64,000 nt of DNA from Camelus dromedarius (taxonomy: Eukaryota). This document shows, in pieces, positions 12,070-24,849 of the stretch; position 1 is the stretch's first letter, and every line of letters starts with the position of its first letter. The translations under genes and the position numbers were made by a program. The stretch is from NCBI RefSeq assembly GCF_036321535.1, contig NC_087437.1, positions 116,128,001-116,192,000 on the forward strand, written 5' to 3'. The notes under the pieces are model-generated. The model ran no database searches and was not told where the DNA came from. It saw only the letters and a program-made list of their open reading frames with translations.

Positions 12070-12535
12070 CTGAATTAGTCTGAGTCCCCACTAGATTTTC
12101 CAAATAGAGAGTTTAATGAAGGGACAACTTAAAACCGGCTTGGCAAGGCTAAGGAAACATACAAAGGGTGTGAGATATCTAGAGATAGTAACCGTGGCAA
12201 GCTCGTTACCACCCTGGGGCTGACGGGAAAACGGGAAGATTTGGTGCTGGAACCTCATGTTGAAGCTTTGATAAAAGAGCTATTATTGTGAACTCAACTA
12301 CTACTAATATTTCACGCTGAGGCAGGGAGATGGCAGAGGGAGAAATAGCCTTACCTTTTCTCCTTATCTTCCAATGCCATGTCAGTGACCCTAGTTGGTG
12401 GAACCTACTAGGAAGAGGGCCAGCAAGGGAGGCTGGGGGTACAGTCTGCAGAGGTCACCCTCCTGGGGGCTTAGCACAGAGCACAGACGGTAGGAAACCC
12501 AGGCAGGAGAGGTCCCATGAAGAATAATGACCACA
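12070..12535. mobile_element. Old MaLR-type LTR remnant
   Basis: Resembles old MLT1-class text; highly diverged. Confidence 0.4.
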
Positions 12536-12899
12536 ATCGCCTTGCATATAAAAAAATCAATATGTCACACTCTAGACTGTTACGGACCAAGGTTCGAAGC
12601 TGAGTCCTGGCACTTAGCATCAAGGATCAGCTGGTTAACATCTCTGCTTCCTGCTTTTTAAGAAAAGAAATTAAAGCACAGCTGTTGTACAATATTATGT
12701 AAGTTACGGTGTAACATCTCTGTTTCTTTATGTTTATCTGGAGGTAATAACCGCCCTACATTATAAATATTGAGATGATTACATTAAGCGTGTATAAAGC
12801 AGTGATGTGCACTCAATGCATGCTGGCTGATATGACTGCTACTATTATCTGAGTCTTGTTCTTAGAGAGAAGAAGCAGGTAACATAATAAGAAATGTAA

Positions 12900-13920
12900 G
12901 CTCCACTTCTTAACATCAGACAGAAACTCTGTATGAAATTAACAGCCAGAGACATGTCTGACAACCAACTATTAACATGTCCCCACTAAACCCATGAACC
13001 AGTGAAGGATGCATTCTACCACTATCACTTAAGGTTCTAGAAATCTTAGCCAATGTAGTGAGATATGTAACATTGGGGAAAAAGGAGATTTACCTTTTTA
13101 CTACTTTTAGATAATGATGACTTTCTGTCTAGAAAATCCCCTGACCCCAAAATTTAAAAATGAAGTGGCTAGACATATAATGAATTTATACAAACAAATC
13201 AATGGCTTTTCTAAAAATCTAGGGGAAAAATATTAGTATAATATTTAATGGAAATAACTTCCCATTTATAATGATAAAACAAAAGATAAAGTGCCTTTAT
13301 AAAAATTTTGCAAAAAAAAAAATGTGAAGGCAGCCAAAAAAGCTGACAGTTACATAAAAAAATGTGTTAAATAAAAATCACCCCATTTTTGAATATTGGA
13401 AAGATGTCAGTTCTTGCCAAATTCTTTTATAGGTTTAACAATTGCATTTAAATTTCAAGTGAGATTTATTCTGAAACATGTTCAAGTAAAACTAAGATTC
13501 ATCTAGAAGAATAAATTCATGAGCAGACCAAAGTTAAAACAGAAACAAAATGAGAAAAAAATTAACTTGTGACATTTGTCCTACTAGATAAAGAAAGATA
13601 ATTTAATATTAACATAATCAAAACAGGTGGTGGTGGCACAGAAAAGATTTTTGGAATAACGGAATGACACAGAAATTCCAGAAACAGAAGTCCATTAATA
13701 TGATGAGGTAAATGTGGATATGTATTCTGATACATTACCTTCAAATCAATACCGGGTGGATTAAAGATTTAAATGTGAAAAATTGGTCATGATAGAAATC
13801 CTGGAAGAATGTGTAGCAGAATATGTGTGCATCTCAGAAAAGACAAGGGCTTTATACGTTGAAAAGCAACACAAAATAGTCACAACAGAAGATGGATGGG
13901 ACAGCATGAAAATACAGCCT
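12900..13920 (+). mobile_element. Degenerate L1 ORF2 remnant
   Basis: aaatcaatggcttttc, gtggattaaagatttaaatgtgaaaa and similar L1 ORF2 motifs. Confidence 0.7.
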
Positions 13921-15649
13921 TTTTTTATTTCAAAAGTCAGCCCCCTTCAGCTCATCCTAACAACGGCCCTTGCTGCTGACTGTGGGGTTTATGCCTGTAG
14001 GTTTGAACTGGGACAGGATGAGAAAGCATTATCTTGCAGACAGCCTCGGGGGTGACTTCTTCTTGGAGTGAGACTTGGGATATCATAGCTCCACTCATAC
14101 GGTGTACTGGTGCATTTGGTCATTGAAGACATCTCCTCAGACTTTGATCTGGACAGGTCTTTCTGTCTTCGGCACACAGCCCTTGGAGCTAAGGGAGGCC
14201 CAAGTTCCAGATGTGGATGGGAGCAGACCGGTCCAGAAAAGGGGAGCAGTCACCATTACTACCCCCGTTTCGCAGAGGCAGAATATCGCCCTCCTTTACA
14301 AACCAACATTTACTTTCTCTGCATGAGGCTGTATGTATTTCTTATTCATAGGAATTAGAGATTAGCTGGGCAAACTTCTCCCCACAGTTTCCAAGATTGT
14401 GTTACCATATATAAAACAGTTAAATTACACTCAGTTGAAATCAATCCATATTTCAAAAACGATAAGAGGGCTTTATGTCTAAAAATGAAAAACAAGGCAG
14501 TTTATCCTGGCATGATTTCCATTCAAATGTCTTTTGAATGGAACAATAACACACAAAGAAGCCCTGATATCTTAATAGTCCATTTAGCTTTCATTTCACA
14601 CCATTTGTAAAGTTTAGGCAACATAGATGCAACTTTTCCCAGTCCCGGAACAACTGGGATAATTATGGAAAGTCTGAGGGGCGGAGCAGAAAAGCCACGC
14701 CTTTGTGGCTAGACTTGTTGAGAGCAGTTGTCATGGCCAGCGCTTAACAACTGTACAACCCTGGGCAAAATTCCGGCAGGCTCCTTGTGGTACAGTCCCA
14801 GCAAGTAGCAGGACCTGCTGTAAGAAGACCACGCCAGCTGTGCTCCAGAGCTGGATTCTTCAAGGCCACTCGCTCCGGCTCCAATGACCCTGGACTCAGC
14901 CACTGTGGAGACGTTGTCATTGCTTTTTGGTCACTATTTTCTCTGTTCTTCTTCTCTTAATATGTCGTGTTGTTTCTCCAGTCACTACCATTCTCTTGAT
15001 CTTTCCCTGTTCAGATCCTAATGAGAGAATCTGATGGTCTAAGACAATCACGGCAACCTCTTCTGAGGAGAGACTTGGTGTGCAGGTCCGGCCACTCTGA
15101 AGGTCACTGGCCACCAGATACACTGGCTGCCTTTGGGTCAGATCCCTGGCCAACTCTTCATCAAGAGCCGGTTAATGCTACTTCCTTCCTGCTGTAGAGG
15201 GCGGGGTTTCCCTTGGAAGGGGACTATGGGAGGGCAGCGACAGTGGGCAACGTGCCTGTTTCAGCGACGCTAATCATCACAGCGAGCAAAGTGAGCATTT
15301 GCAGAGCACTTACAATGTGCCAGAAGCTGCATTAAATATTTAACATGCCTTAACTCACCAGAGCCTCACAGCCAGAACGTGAGGGAGGTGGTGGCACTGT
15401 TATTAGTATTGACCGTTTTACAGATAAAGAGAGGCTTACCGTGGGAAACTACTCACTCAAAACGCGAAGACCAGCAAGTGGTATAGTCTACGTGCTTCCA
15501 AAGCCTATGCTCTTAGTTACTAAACTGTATATATTGGACAATATCTCTCTGAACCTCAGTTTCCTCATCTATACAATGGGAACTCACTGCAAGTTCACCT
15601 TTAGAGTTACAAGCAACACGAGTAACCCATTTATCTCAGTAAATGGTGT

Positions 15650-16330
15650 ACAGTAAAATGAAACAAGGAAAATTAAGAAAATAATGATGAGCAATACGAC
15701 TATACATATGAGTAAGTCTAGACATTCATTGTATAAATAATAACATCAATGTCATGAGATCTGAAATAGAAATTAAGAATCTACAACAGCAACAGCATGT
15801 GATTAAGTCAAGAATGCATGTGGTAATCTCTAGGGCAAATATCGAGAAAAAAATTCAAGCATAACAAGCTACTAAAAGGAGAAATGTAATTATAAAATAT
15901 TAAATAAATAAAAAAACTTAATAAAGGACAGAAAAATCATAAAATAGGGCCAATAGAAAACAAATAGTAAAATAGTAGATTTAAACCCGAATTACAGTAC
16001 ACTTAAACAGACTAAGTATTCCAATTGAAAATAAAGATCCTCAGACAAGAAAATAAAATAAAACAAACCCAAATATGCTGCTTGTAAGAGACACACCTTA
16101 AATATGGAGAAACCAATAGGATGGAAGTAAAGTATGGAGAAAATACTATGCAAACCAAAAGTTACAAAGTCAGAGCTAAAAGTGGTTCATTTCAGAATAA
16201 CAAAAGTTTCAAATTTAAGATGAAATAATCAGATTTACCTGTACCTGATTACACAGTCTCCAAATATATGCAATAAAAATACACAGATCTACAAAGAGAA
16301 ATAAACAAATCCACAATCATGGTGGGAGAC
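15650..16330 (+). mobile_element. Degenerate L1 inter-ORF/endonuclease-region remnant
   Basis: atatgctgcttgtaagagacacacctta, agagaaataaacaaatccacaatcatggtgggagact. Confidence 0.7.
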
Positions 16331-16334
16331 TGTT

Positions 16335-16556
16335 TATGTCAGGATTCTGCAGAGAATTTTAACTCTTAAGACCTTCAACTGATTAGATGAGGCCCACCCA
16401 CATTATTGAGGCTAATCTCCTATACTTAAAGTTAGCTGATCATAGATGTTAACTACATATACAAAATATCTTCACAGCAGCACCTAGATTATTGTTTACT
16501 TGAATAACTAGGTTCTAAAGCCTGGTCAAGTTGACACAGAAAACTAATCATCATAC
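16335..16556 (-). mobile_element. ERVL LTR fragment (MLT2-like)
   Basis: caactgattagatgaggcccacccacatt...gtcaagttgacacagaaaactaatcatca. Confidence 0.75.
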
Positions 16557-16639
16557 AGACTTTAATGCATTTTTGCATATGTGTTATATTTCAATTAAAA
16601 AAAGAAACAGTTAACAAAAGGTAAGCCAATGGGTTGGTA

Positions 16640-17530
16640 ATTGTTGCAGGGTGGGTTCCCCAGGAATCCATCTCTGAGATGGAGATGATCATGCAGGGCA
16701 TTTTTTAGGGACTGTTCTTGGGATCAACACCTGTGGAAGAGAGAAGGAAGCAGGATTTGGGAAGGAAGAAGTCGAGCTGAAATTGACAGTATCAGTAGCA
16801 ACTCTGCCAATCCTCGAGGGAGATCAGAAGGTGGGATGACCTTTCAGAGCTGTGCTGTTTGTTACCAAAGGTAAGATTCTGTGCCCACTGCACCATGAAG
16901 CCAAACAAACTGAAACATCAAAATCTGGAGCAGGGAAAGGTTTACTGCAGGGCCAAGCAAGGAGGATGGGATGGTTCATGCCCAAGAAAATCCTGAATTC
17001 CCCGAACGGTTTCAGCAAAGCATATTTAAAGGCCAGATAAGGAAGAGGGGTTACAGGGTACGTGATCAGCTCATGCACAATCCTCTGATTGGTTGATTTA
17101 GAGGTAACAGGACTGTCGACACTATCAACTCCTAGGTGCCAGAAGGTCTGGGGGCCATGTGTTCATTCTTGATCATCAAGTAGTTCTTTTCTTCCCTTTG
17201 ATGGTGGTTTTAAGCATCTGAAAAACTCAGGGAATATACATGAGATACTATTAACTGGGTACTTCAGAGAGGAGCTACAGTAGAGGATATGGGGGAAGGG
17301 TCTGATCCTGGAAAGCTCCACAGGGTCCTGCTTGGTTACAAGGTGGGCCAACAGGGCCAGCCTTTGTGCACCGGAGTCAACTGAACATTGGAGGTGGGGC
17401 ATCCTGGAGGGGGTTGTGACCCTGGGTGAGGTAGCCCTGAGGGAAGCTGACAGCTGAGGGCTGTGGGCGGCAGAGCTCCAGACAGCTGGGGCAACACGTC
17501 CTTCAATCCTCTGGGGGACCTGGACCACAC
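16640..17530. mobile_element. Old MaLR LTR (MLT1-class) hosting a younger ERV1 LTR
   Basis: gggttccccagga..ctctgagatggag...cttgggatcaacacctgtggaag; continues after 17340. Confidence 0.55.
16860..17340 (-). mobile_element. ERV1-class solo LTR
   Basis: tgttacc...ggttaca inverted ends; gatcagctcatgcacaatcctctgattggttg typical of ungulate ERV1 LTRs. Confidence 0.8.
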
Positions 17531-18497
17531 ATCCCTGGGTGTGGGTTTAGAGTCACATTTGGTTTCTTAACATGTTTAGCTGCTTTGTTGCCATGAAGTA
17601 ATGTCTATTATTTTAAACCAAACAGAAGAAAGGCCTTAGTATCACTTGATGCATTCACAGAGGGAACTTACCTCTCCCCCTTACCATGTTATGTAAGTGG
17701 TAGCCCTTCTAACGAGACCAAAAGAGCTCACGACGCCAAGACGGATCCTGGCTAGGGTCCCAGAGACTCCAGTGTGTCACTGACTCTCATCTCTGTCACT
17801 TTCCTGGGTCTCAAATGTCCAGCACAAAGGCTGTCCTATCAACCAGGGAATTTGACCTTGGGTCAAGGATGATCTGTGGCCACACTCTTGCCTCAGCACC
17901 TGGAGGGGCCATTGTTAACATTCCCCTGGATAAAACAGTTGTCAAGATGACCTGATGATCTCTGCTCCTGTTTCTGTAGCTCCACCTCCCTGGGAGCAAA
18001 AATGAAGAAATGTGGACCCACTCCTTTTATTGCAATAAAGGGGCTTCATTCATTCAAGATGGCATGTGTCAAGCACCGACCATGAGAATACCCTTTCCTA
18101 TGAATGAGTCCTTACAATGTGGCCTCACTCACAGTCACTGGTGATGAGGAATTCCTCTTCTCTCACTATAAAGTTTTCTTGGAAACTCATCATGGAAGAT
18201 ACAGGCTGCCTCACATGTTTCCCAGACAGGAGTTTGACTGCTGACAGGGAATTGTTCTAAACAGTGAAAAACTCCAAATGATGACTACACAACACAACAA
18301 TGGTTAAATTTTAAAAATGAGCGTGATAATAAAGTGTCCATGAGACGTTGTGTAAGCACAGATAACTGGTCCTTTTCTTCGCAGAGTGTTTATTCTTAAG
18401 CAGTTTGGAATACTTTGACCTGTATGATGCGTGGTGGGCAACTATAAAATGAGTCCTCTGACTCCATTCTCTTATTTATATTTTTACATTAAATGAC

Positions 18498-18573
18498 TTT
18501 ATTTCTTCTTTTGGTTGGAGAAAAGTAGGTAATTAGGTTTATTTATTTAATTTTAAATTTTTTTTGATAGAGG
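18498..18573 (-). mobile_element. Vic-1 SINE 3' tail only
   Basis: aggtaattaggtttatttattt matches the reverse complement of the Vic-1 tail; tRNA-like head absent. Confidence 0.6.
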
Positions 18574-18798
18574 GGGAGAGCAAATTCAACCTTCTTCTGT
18601 CTTTCTACTCCATTGAGGCCCTCAGTGGACTGGACGTCTGCCCACACTGGGAAAGGTCACCTGCTTTACTCTGTCTACCAATTCAAATGCTAATCTCTTC
18701 TGGACACACCCTCACAGACAAACCCAGAAATCATGTTTAATCAAATATCCGTGCATCCTTTGGCTGAGTCAAGTTCACACATACAATGAGCCATCACA
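18574..18798 (-). mobile_element. ERVL LTR fragment (MLT2-like)
   Basis: aattcaaatgctaatctcttctggacacaccctcacagaca...gtcaagttcacacat..ccatcaca. Confidence 0.8.
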
Positions 18799-19189
18799 GA
18801 TACTAACTGAAGATAAATAATAATAATATAGATCTTTGGTGAAACGTATATTCAAACAGAATATGTCAGTGAAATAGGTTTAGAAGCATCAGATAAAAAC
18901 CACAATAACAGTGTATTGGGCGTTCTGTGTTTGCCAGTCCAGACCCACCTCCATCCTGCCCCACCACGTTTTGAGGTCCAGGAAACTGAGCTCTATGAAT
19001 AGACCTAACTGGGCTCCTTGGCCTGTGGCTGCTCATGGGATTTGGCCCAGGGAGGCACCAGAGGAAGCTGGGACAGCAGAGCAGAACAAGAGTGCCAGGT
19101 GTTGGCAGCATCCCTGTCCGTCAGTGCCCTCTTATGTCTTCAATCACAGCTCTCTCTGGGTCTGGATCTCCTGTCTCCCTCCCATCCCC

Positions 19190-19400
19190 TGGGTCCCCGG
19201 GGAAGTCACCGCGCTCCTGTGGCTGCTGCGCATGCGTATCTCAGCACCTGCTGTCTGCCGCAGCCCTGCCCACCCTCTGTAAACAGCCCCCTCGTTGGGC
19301 TCAGCGCAGTCACGTGACAGGAGCGCGCCGCCGGCTTCCCGCCGGGCTCTGCGCATGCGTCTTACAGCCCTGGTCTGTGCCGTGACCTGCTGCCCCGCTA
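19190..19400 (-). promoter_or_regulatory. Small CpG-rich promoter with candidate first exon (donor after 19210, minus strand)
   Basis: TGCGCATGCG (NRF1) at 19227-19236 and 19350-19359; GTCACGTGAC at 19309-19318; TTCCCGCC (E2F) at 19336-19343; minus-strand donor GCG|gtgact. Confidence 0.75.
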
Positions 19401-20014
19401 TTCCTCCTGGATCAAGATTGTGAATCTCCTCATGACATTCGATCGCCCTTAATAAAGCTTACTGACCCTAAAGTTCAATCAGAGCTGGTTCCAACTTTTT
19501 TAAAGAAGACATGACGTACAGGTTCAGAAATATTAAGTACAAGCTTTCATATCTGTTCTTCCCACTCCCTGCACCAAGCAAAAAAAAACCACACACACAC
19601 ACACTTTTTGAAAACCCGTGTAACCTCATGTTGTTCCCGGTTCCTAGAACTGGGAGCTCAGATTAGAGCAATGAGCTCTGACTCAGCAGTTTATCTAACT
19701 GTTATTTAACTGCAACATGAGCTGTTTACATCTCTCATTAACTCTGGTTTCCTTTTTGCTGTCAGTTAAATTGAAGCTTTTCGTTTAATGTAAGACTTAG
19801 AAGTTTCTGTCTCAGAGCTTCCTTAAGACTGGCTACTTTTATCTGCTCTTATTTTTGTCTCACAACCTAGATTTATTCATAATTCCAACTATTGATGTTA
19901 ATTTTGCTTTTTTTCTTCCTTTTCACTGAGTGGGAGGAGAGGAGCAGGTGCCAGTGGCTGCGTCTGTTATATCTCGGTTTAATATATAAGGGAACATCAC
20001 TCTTAAAATTTAAT

Positions 20015-20720
20015 CTTTTTAAATTGTGGTAAAAAATATAGATAACAGATTTATCATTTTAACCACCTTTAAGTGTACCATTCTGCGACATTAAGTACAT
20101 TCCCGTTGTTTTGCAACAACCATCCATCTCCAGATCTTTTTCATCTCCCTAAACTGAAACTCAGTACCCATTAAACACTAACTCCCATTCCTTCCTTCCC
20201 AGCCCCTGGCAACACAATTCTACTTTCTGTTTCTGTGAATTTGACTACTCCAGGTGCCCCATGTAAGTGGAATCATACAGCATTGGTCCTTTTTGGACTG
20301 GCTTATTTTGCTTACCGTAATTCTTCGAGATTCATCCGTGTTGTCACACGTGCCAGAATGTTCTTCCCTTGCAAGGCTGAATAATGTTCTATTGTGTGTA
20401 TGTGTGTGCATTTGGTGCGTCTGTTCATCCATCAGTGGACATTTGGGTTGTTTCCACCTTTTGTTTATCATGAGTGATGTTCTCATGGACAAGGGTGCAC
20501 AAAAATCTTTTTGAAACTCTGTTTTCAGTTCTTTCGAGAATTTATCCAGAGATGGAATCCTGGGTCACATGGTAATTGTGTGTGTAATTTCTGAGGAATG
20601 GCCATGCTGTTTTCCTTAGCAGCTGCACCGTTTTACATTCACACCAGCAGTGCACAAGGGCTCCACTTTCTCCGTATCTTTGCCAACCCTTGTTATTTTC
20701 TGTCTTGTTTGTTTGTTTGT
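20015..20720 (-). mobile_element. L1 3' end (L1MB-like)
   Basis: ttttaaattgtggtaaaa..., aaactgaaactcagtacccattaaaca, ggacatttgggttgtttccacctttt. Confidence 0.88.
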
Positions 20721-22885
20721 TTGTTTTTCTGTTATATATATATATTTTAAATATGGAACACTCTTATCCGTGGTTACAAATCTATCATGGCAGTCTTTAT
20801 CAAATTAGAAAAAGTGCTCACATCATTCATTCTTCCAGGGATAGAGACAGGAGTAAAATTTCAAATTCAATTAAAGCTGCTAAATGTTTTCAACTTTGAG
20901 GAGGTTGCAACCCGGTTTTACAACTGCTGCTTCTACTTCCAGATGACAAACTCCTTTTCCATTGAACATTTTAAAGAACGGATGGATTCATCTCAACCAG
21001 TATCACTGAGGGTCCACTAGGTACCAGGTCCTCTTCTAGGTGAATGAGCCCAGCAATGAACACAACTTAAAAAAAAAAAATCACAAACCATCTGGAAACC
21101 CAGTTTTACAGTGGTTTCTTTAGAGATAATAGTTTCCCGCATATGTTAACTAGGAAGCAGGCTCCCTCCTGACCTCATTGTTAACGTATCAAACAATGAG
21201 TTCATGGCTCAGAAGAGACGAGGGAGACAGGCACGCATGGAGAGGACCCTTCTACAGCCCTTAACTTGTGTTTCTCTATGGCCCTTCCCACCTGCAATGC
21301 ACGTATATTTTATTTTCCTTCTAGACTTTGAGCTTCTGGAGGGAAGGTTTCGTCTTTATTTGATTCCCCACAATTATCCACAGCGTTTTGTCTATAAGCT
21401 TTCAACAGCTGCTGCTTTTTTCATTTGCTGAATATTAATCAACTGGCGTGAGCCTCTACAATTTCTTGGTCATTTCTGGAAAGTTGCAGCTCCCGTGCCA
21501 GGGAGAGTGGTGATTCCAGATCCCCAGATGAAGGTTGAGTGAGTAATTCAAGTCATCCTCCACCCGCTCCTGCGTTGGAGGGCTCCCCCTGTCGGTGGGG
21601 GTGTTGGTCCGCATGCTGGCGTCCTCTAGGGGACAGCGCCGCAGAGACCCTCCGGTGGTGTTGCTTTAGTTTGTATTGTTATGGAAGAAAAAAAAAAAAA
21701 AAAAAGAATGTGCAAGCTCCTATGCCGTGGAACGCTTTAGGAACTGGAAGAGAAGTCCGCTCACTCTCCACAGCAGGCTTGGTCCAGCCCCCCAGCATCC
21801 CCACACACGTGTCTTTGCCAGGTGGTAAGAAGACGTGGCGCCCAGACACTGGATGTGAGCGCGGCCAGGAGCATCTCCTTTGTGAAATGGTGCGCCTCCT
21901 TCCTCTTCTTTGTTTTCTGGGTGTTGTTTGCTCTTTGATGAGTCTGAATGCAATTAGTCACGAATAAGGCCTACATTCTCTAAGCATACTTGCCATCCAA
22001 TTTCATCTGCGGCAATAAAAATAAATAACTCACAGTGACTTTATTACTTCTGTGTCTCAGACCTGGGGAGGCAGAATGGCAAGGTGGGTCTCTTCACAGC
22101 ATCTGTATGACGTGTAGGATCTGCAGAGGGCTGAAATGCCACGACGCTCCAGTTCATTTCACCTGCTCTGTCACACTCTGTAAATCTGAGTCAGGGCATG
22201 TCTCCAGGTAAGAAACCCCAAGGGTTCTTCTTGAGTGAAGATCTCATTTCATCCTTTTCCGGGGGAGGGGAAGGGTTAGTAGTTGAGAAAAATAACTCCC
22301 AAACTGGTTTTTACCTTTCTGCCTCCACATCTGAGCTCTGTCAGTGTTTATTTCATTTGTTTGCCAAATAAATATGAAACATCAGCCTGAGATCTAGTAA
22401 CAGATTTCCATCAGATTCTAGAGCAGAAGACTCTGGGTTCAGCATGGCTGACACTGGAGACTTACCTTCTCCAGGAATGGTTTCCCCTTCTCAGTCCCCA
22501 CCTTTCTCCCATCCTCACTCTCGCTCCCTTTGTTACCTCACTTGGTCCTCGCTTTCCTCACTTACTTCTGCTCTTTTCTGCTCACAGTTTATTGAAAGCC
22601 TCACACTGAGGATGAAATAAGAAGGTGTGGCACCTCTACTCATGGAACTTAGATCTACACCGGCTTCTGCGAAAGTTATCGGACATTTGCCAAGTAGTAT
22701 GCAGTTTTCTTCTCACTTATAAACACACAATGCTCAAAACTGACATCATTTTCTCCTTCCCATTCCTCAAAGCCACGTTTAGAGGTTCAATTGATTCTGC
22801 CCGCGGAATGCTTTTCCTCTCCTGCTCTCTTTCCTTTCTCACGGACGATCCTCATTCCAGACTTTCATCAGGTCACACCCAGGGT

Positions 22886-23342
22886 TGTAGGTGGGACTGT
22901 GTCCACCAAAAAGATGTGTTCCAGTCCTAACCCTCCATCTTTGTGAATGGACCTTATTTGGAAGTAGGATCTTTGAAGATGCAATGAAGTTAAAATGAGG
23001 TCCTACAGGATTAGGGTGGGACCCAATCCGATGACTGGTATCATTATAAGAAAAGGGAAATTTCAACACAGAGACAAACAGGGAGAGGGCCATGTGACAA
23101 CAGAGCTAGAGATGGCAGTGATGTCTCTACAAACCAAGAGATACCAACGATTGTCAGTAACTACCGGAGGATAGAAGAGAGACATTTAACAGATTTTCCC
23201 TCAGAGCCTCCAGGAGGAACCAACACTTCGGCCATGTTCACTGAGGACCTCCAGCCTCCAGAACTATAAGATAATGTATTTTTGTTGTTTCAAGCTATCT
23301 AGCTTGTGGTAATTTGTTAAGGCAGACCTTGGAAACCAATAT
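22886..23342 (+). mobile_element. MaLR solo LTR (MLT1B/C-like)
   Basis: gtgaatggaccttatttggaa..aggatctttg..gatg, ttagggtgggacccaatcc, cctccagaactataag. Confidence 0.85.
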
Positions 23343-24816
23343 GCCCAGTCTGTGCACTAACCCTCAAATAGTTCTTGTTTCTAAGCGCCCTGTGTTCTCC
23401 CCTGGTTGATCACTGTGGCATCCTGCATGTTAATGGTTCACTGCCCATCAAAGAGAACTCAGCCATGGGACGGGGACAAGAATTTGGAGAGAGGAGTCTG
23501 AGACTGGAAAGTGATGACGATCATATAAACCACTGGATAGTGGCAGGAATCTTGAGGCGGTCACGGATCACAGGTCTTCCCTCAGGCATGGAGTAAGGGA
23601 TTCCAAGCACAGGGAGGCTTCTCCTGCCACCTGGGTGACATATGTGCAATCTCACGGAGCCCCCTCTGCTTTGTGGCCCTTGAAGACCACTACCTGCCCT
23701 TAGGGGGAGGAAGGTGAGGCTCTGCGGGGCCGAGGCACTGAGCTGGTCAAGTCCAGCCACGGAATTTGAACCCAAGACATTCTGCTCCCTAGCAAGTCTT
23801 CTTCCTTATTTGCCCATACCTCCACCTCGGCACACTGGGCTACTGGCATTTCCTGGGCCTGCCTTGCTGTTTACTTGTCCGGAGCTCTCTCTCTTTCCCT
23901 CTGAACCTGGTCCAAACCTGTTCATCCTTCAAAGTCCAGTTTAAATCTACTTTCACCTATTATAACTTCTCCCAAGCACCTCAGCCAAAACCGATCTGAA
24001 CTAGCACTGAACAGAAATTAATGACTTACAAATCATTCACCTTGGCATAACTGAGCACTTCCTGAGTTACTTCTTCAATTATTGTTTTGATCTCTTTGCA
24101 TTTTTTCTTTGTAGTTTTTTTTTTTTTTTTTTCAGGATTGCTGTAAGCTCTTTGGGCAAGTCCGTGATTTATACTTTGTATGTCCGGCAGTTTTCAGAAC
24201 ATTGCCTTGTACAATGGTGCTCAATAAACTCCGATGTCTTGGTTCTCAGTACAACCGACTGCTCTGGATTTGTCAACCCAGGACACTGAACAGATCCCTG
24301 AGATGTCCCCAGTCTCAGTTCCCTTGCCTTTGATGTGAAGAGTTTGAGCTGGCAAGTTTCAGTTTCCTACAGTTCCATTAGGCTAGGACACTGTACCTTT
24401 GACTTAAAGCCATGCCAGGAAGACAGAATGTGGGCCTCCTCTGGCTCAATTCCCAGGCACAGGGGGCCTCAGCAGGTTTCACCTGAACCAGATTCACCAG
24501 ATGGTTGGGTTGAAATGCTGACCTTGCTGTTGGGAGAAAATGAAGGCCAGATGTAATGTCTGTGGTGCCTCTGTGTGGCTCAGGTGTCTGCCTGATGTTC
24601 TGTCTAGGATACACATGGGGAGACGCCAGATCCCAGCAGGACAGAGCTGTCCTCCAGTGTGTGCCCAGAAAGACTCTGCCAAGATGCTTACACAGGGGCC
24701 ATGGTTCATGGTGCCCTGGGGAATCATGTTTGAATGGTAACAGTAATAAGTTCACCTGTCCTTGTTCACAGCATCTTCTCGGGAAATAGGTGATGTAGGT
24801 GGACATAGATGTGCTA

Positions 24817-24817
<1 letters not shown>

Positions 24818-24848
<31 letters not shown>
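24818..24848 (+). repeat. (TG)n microsatellite
   Basis: Directly visible. Confidence 0.95.

Positions 24849-24849
<1 letters not shown>

Noticed and set aside
18866..19385. Several overlapping 70-123 aa ORFs
   Set aside because: Stop-poor GC-rich promoter sequence with no recognisable protein
20220..20514. ORFs with L1-like peptide (KRWKQPKCP)
   Set aside because: Degenerate L1 ORF2 end/3' UTR
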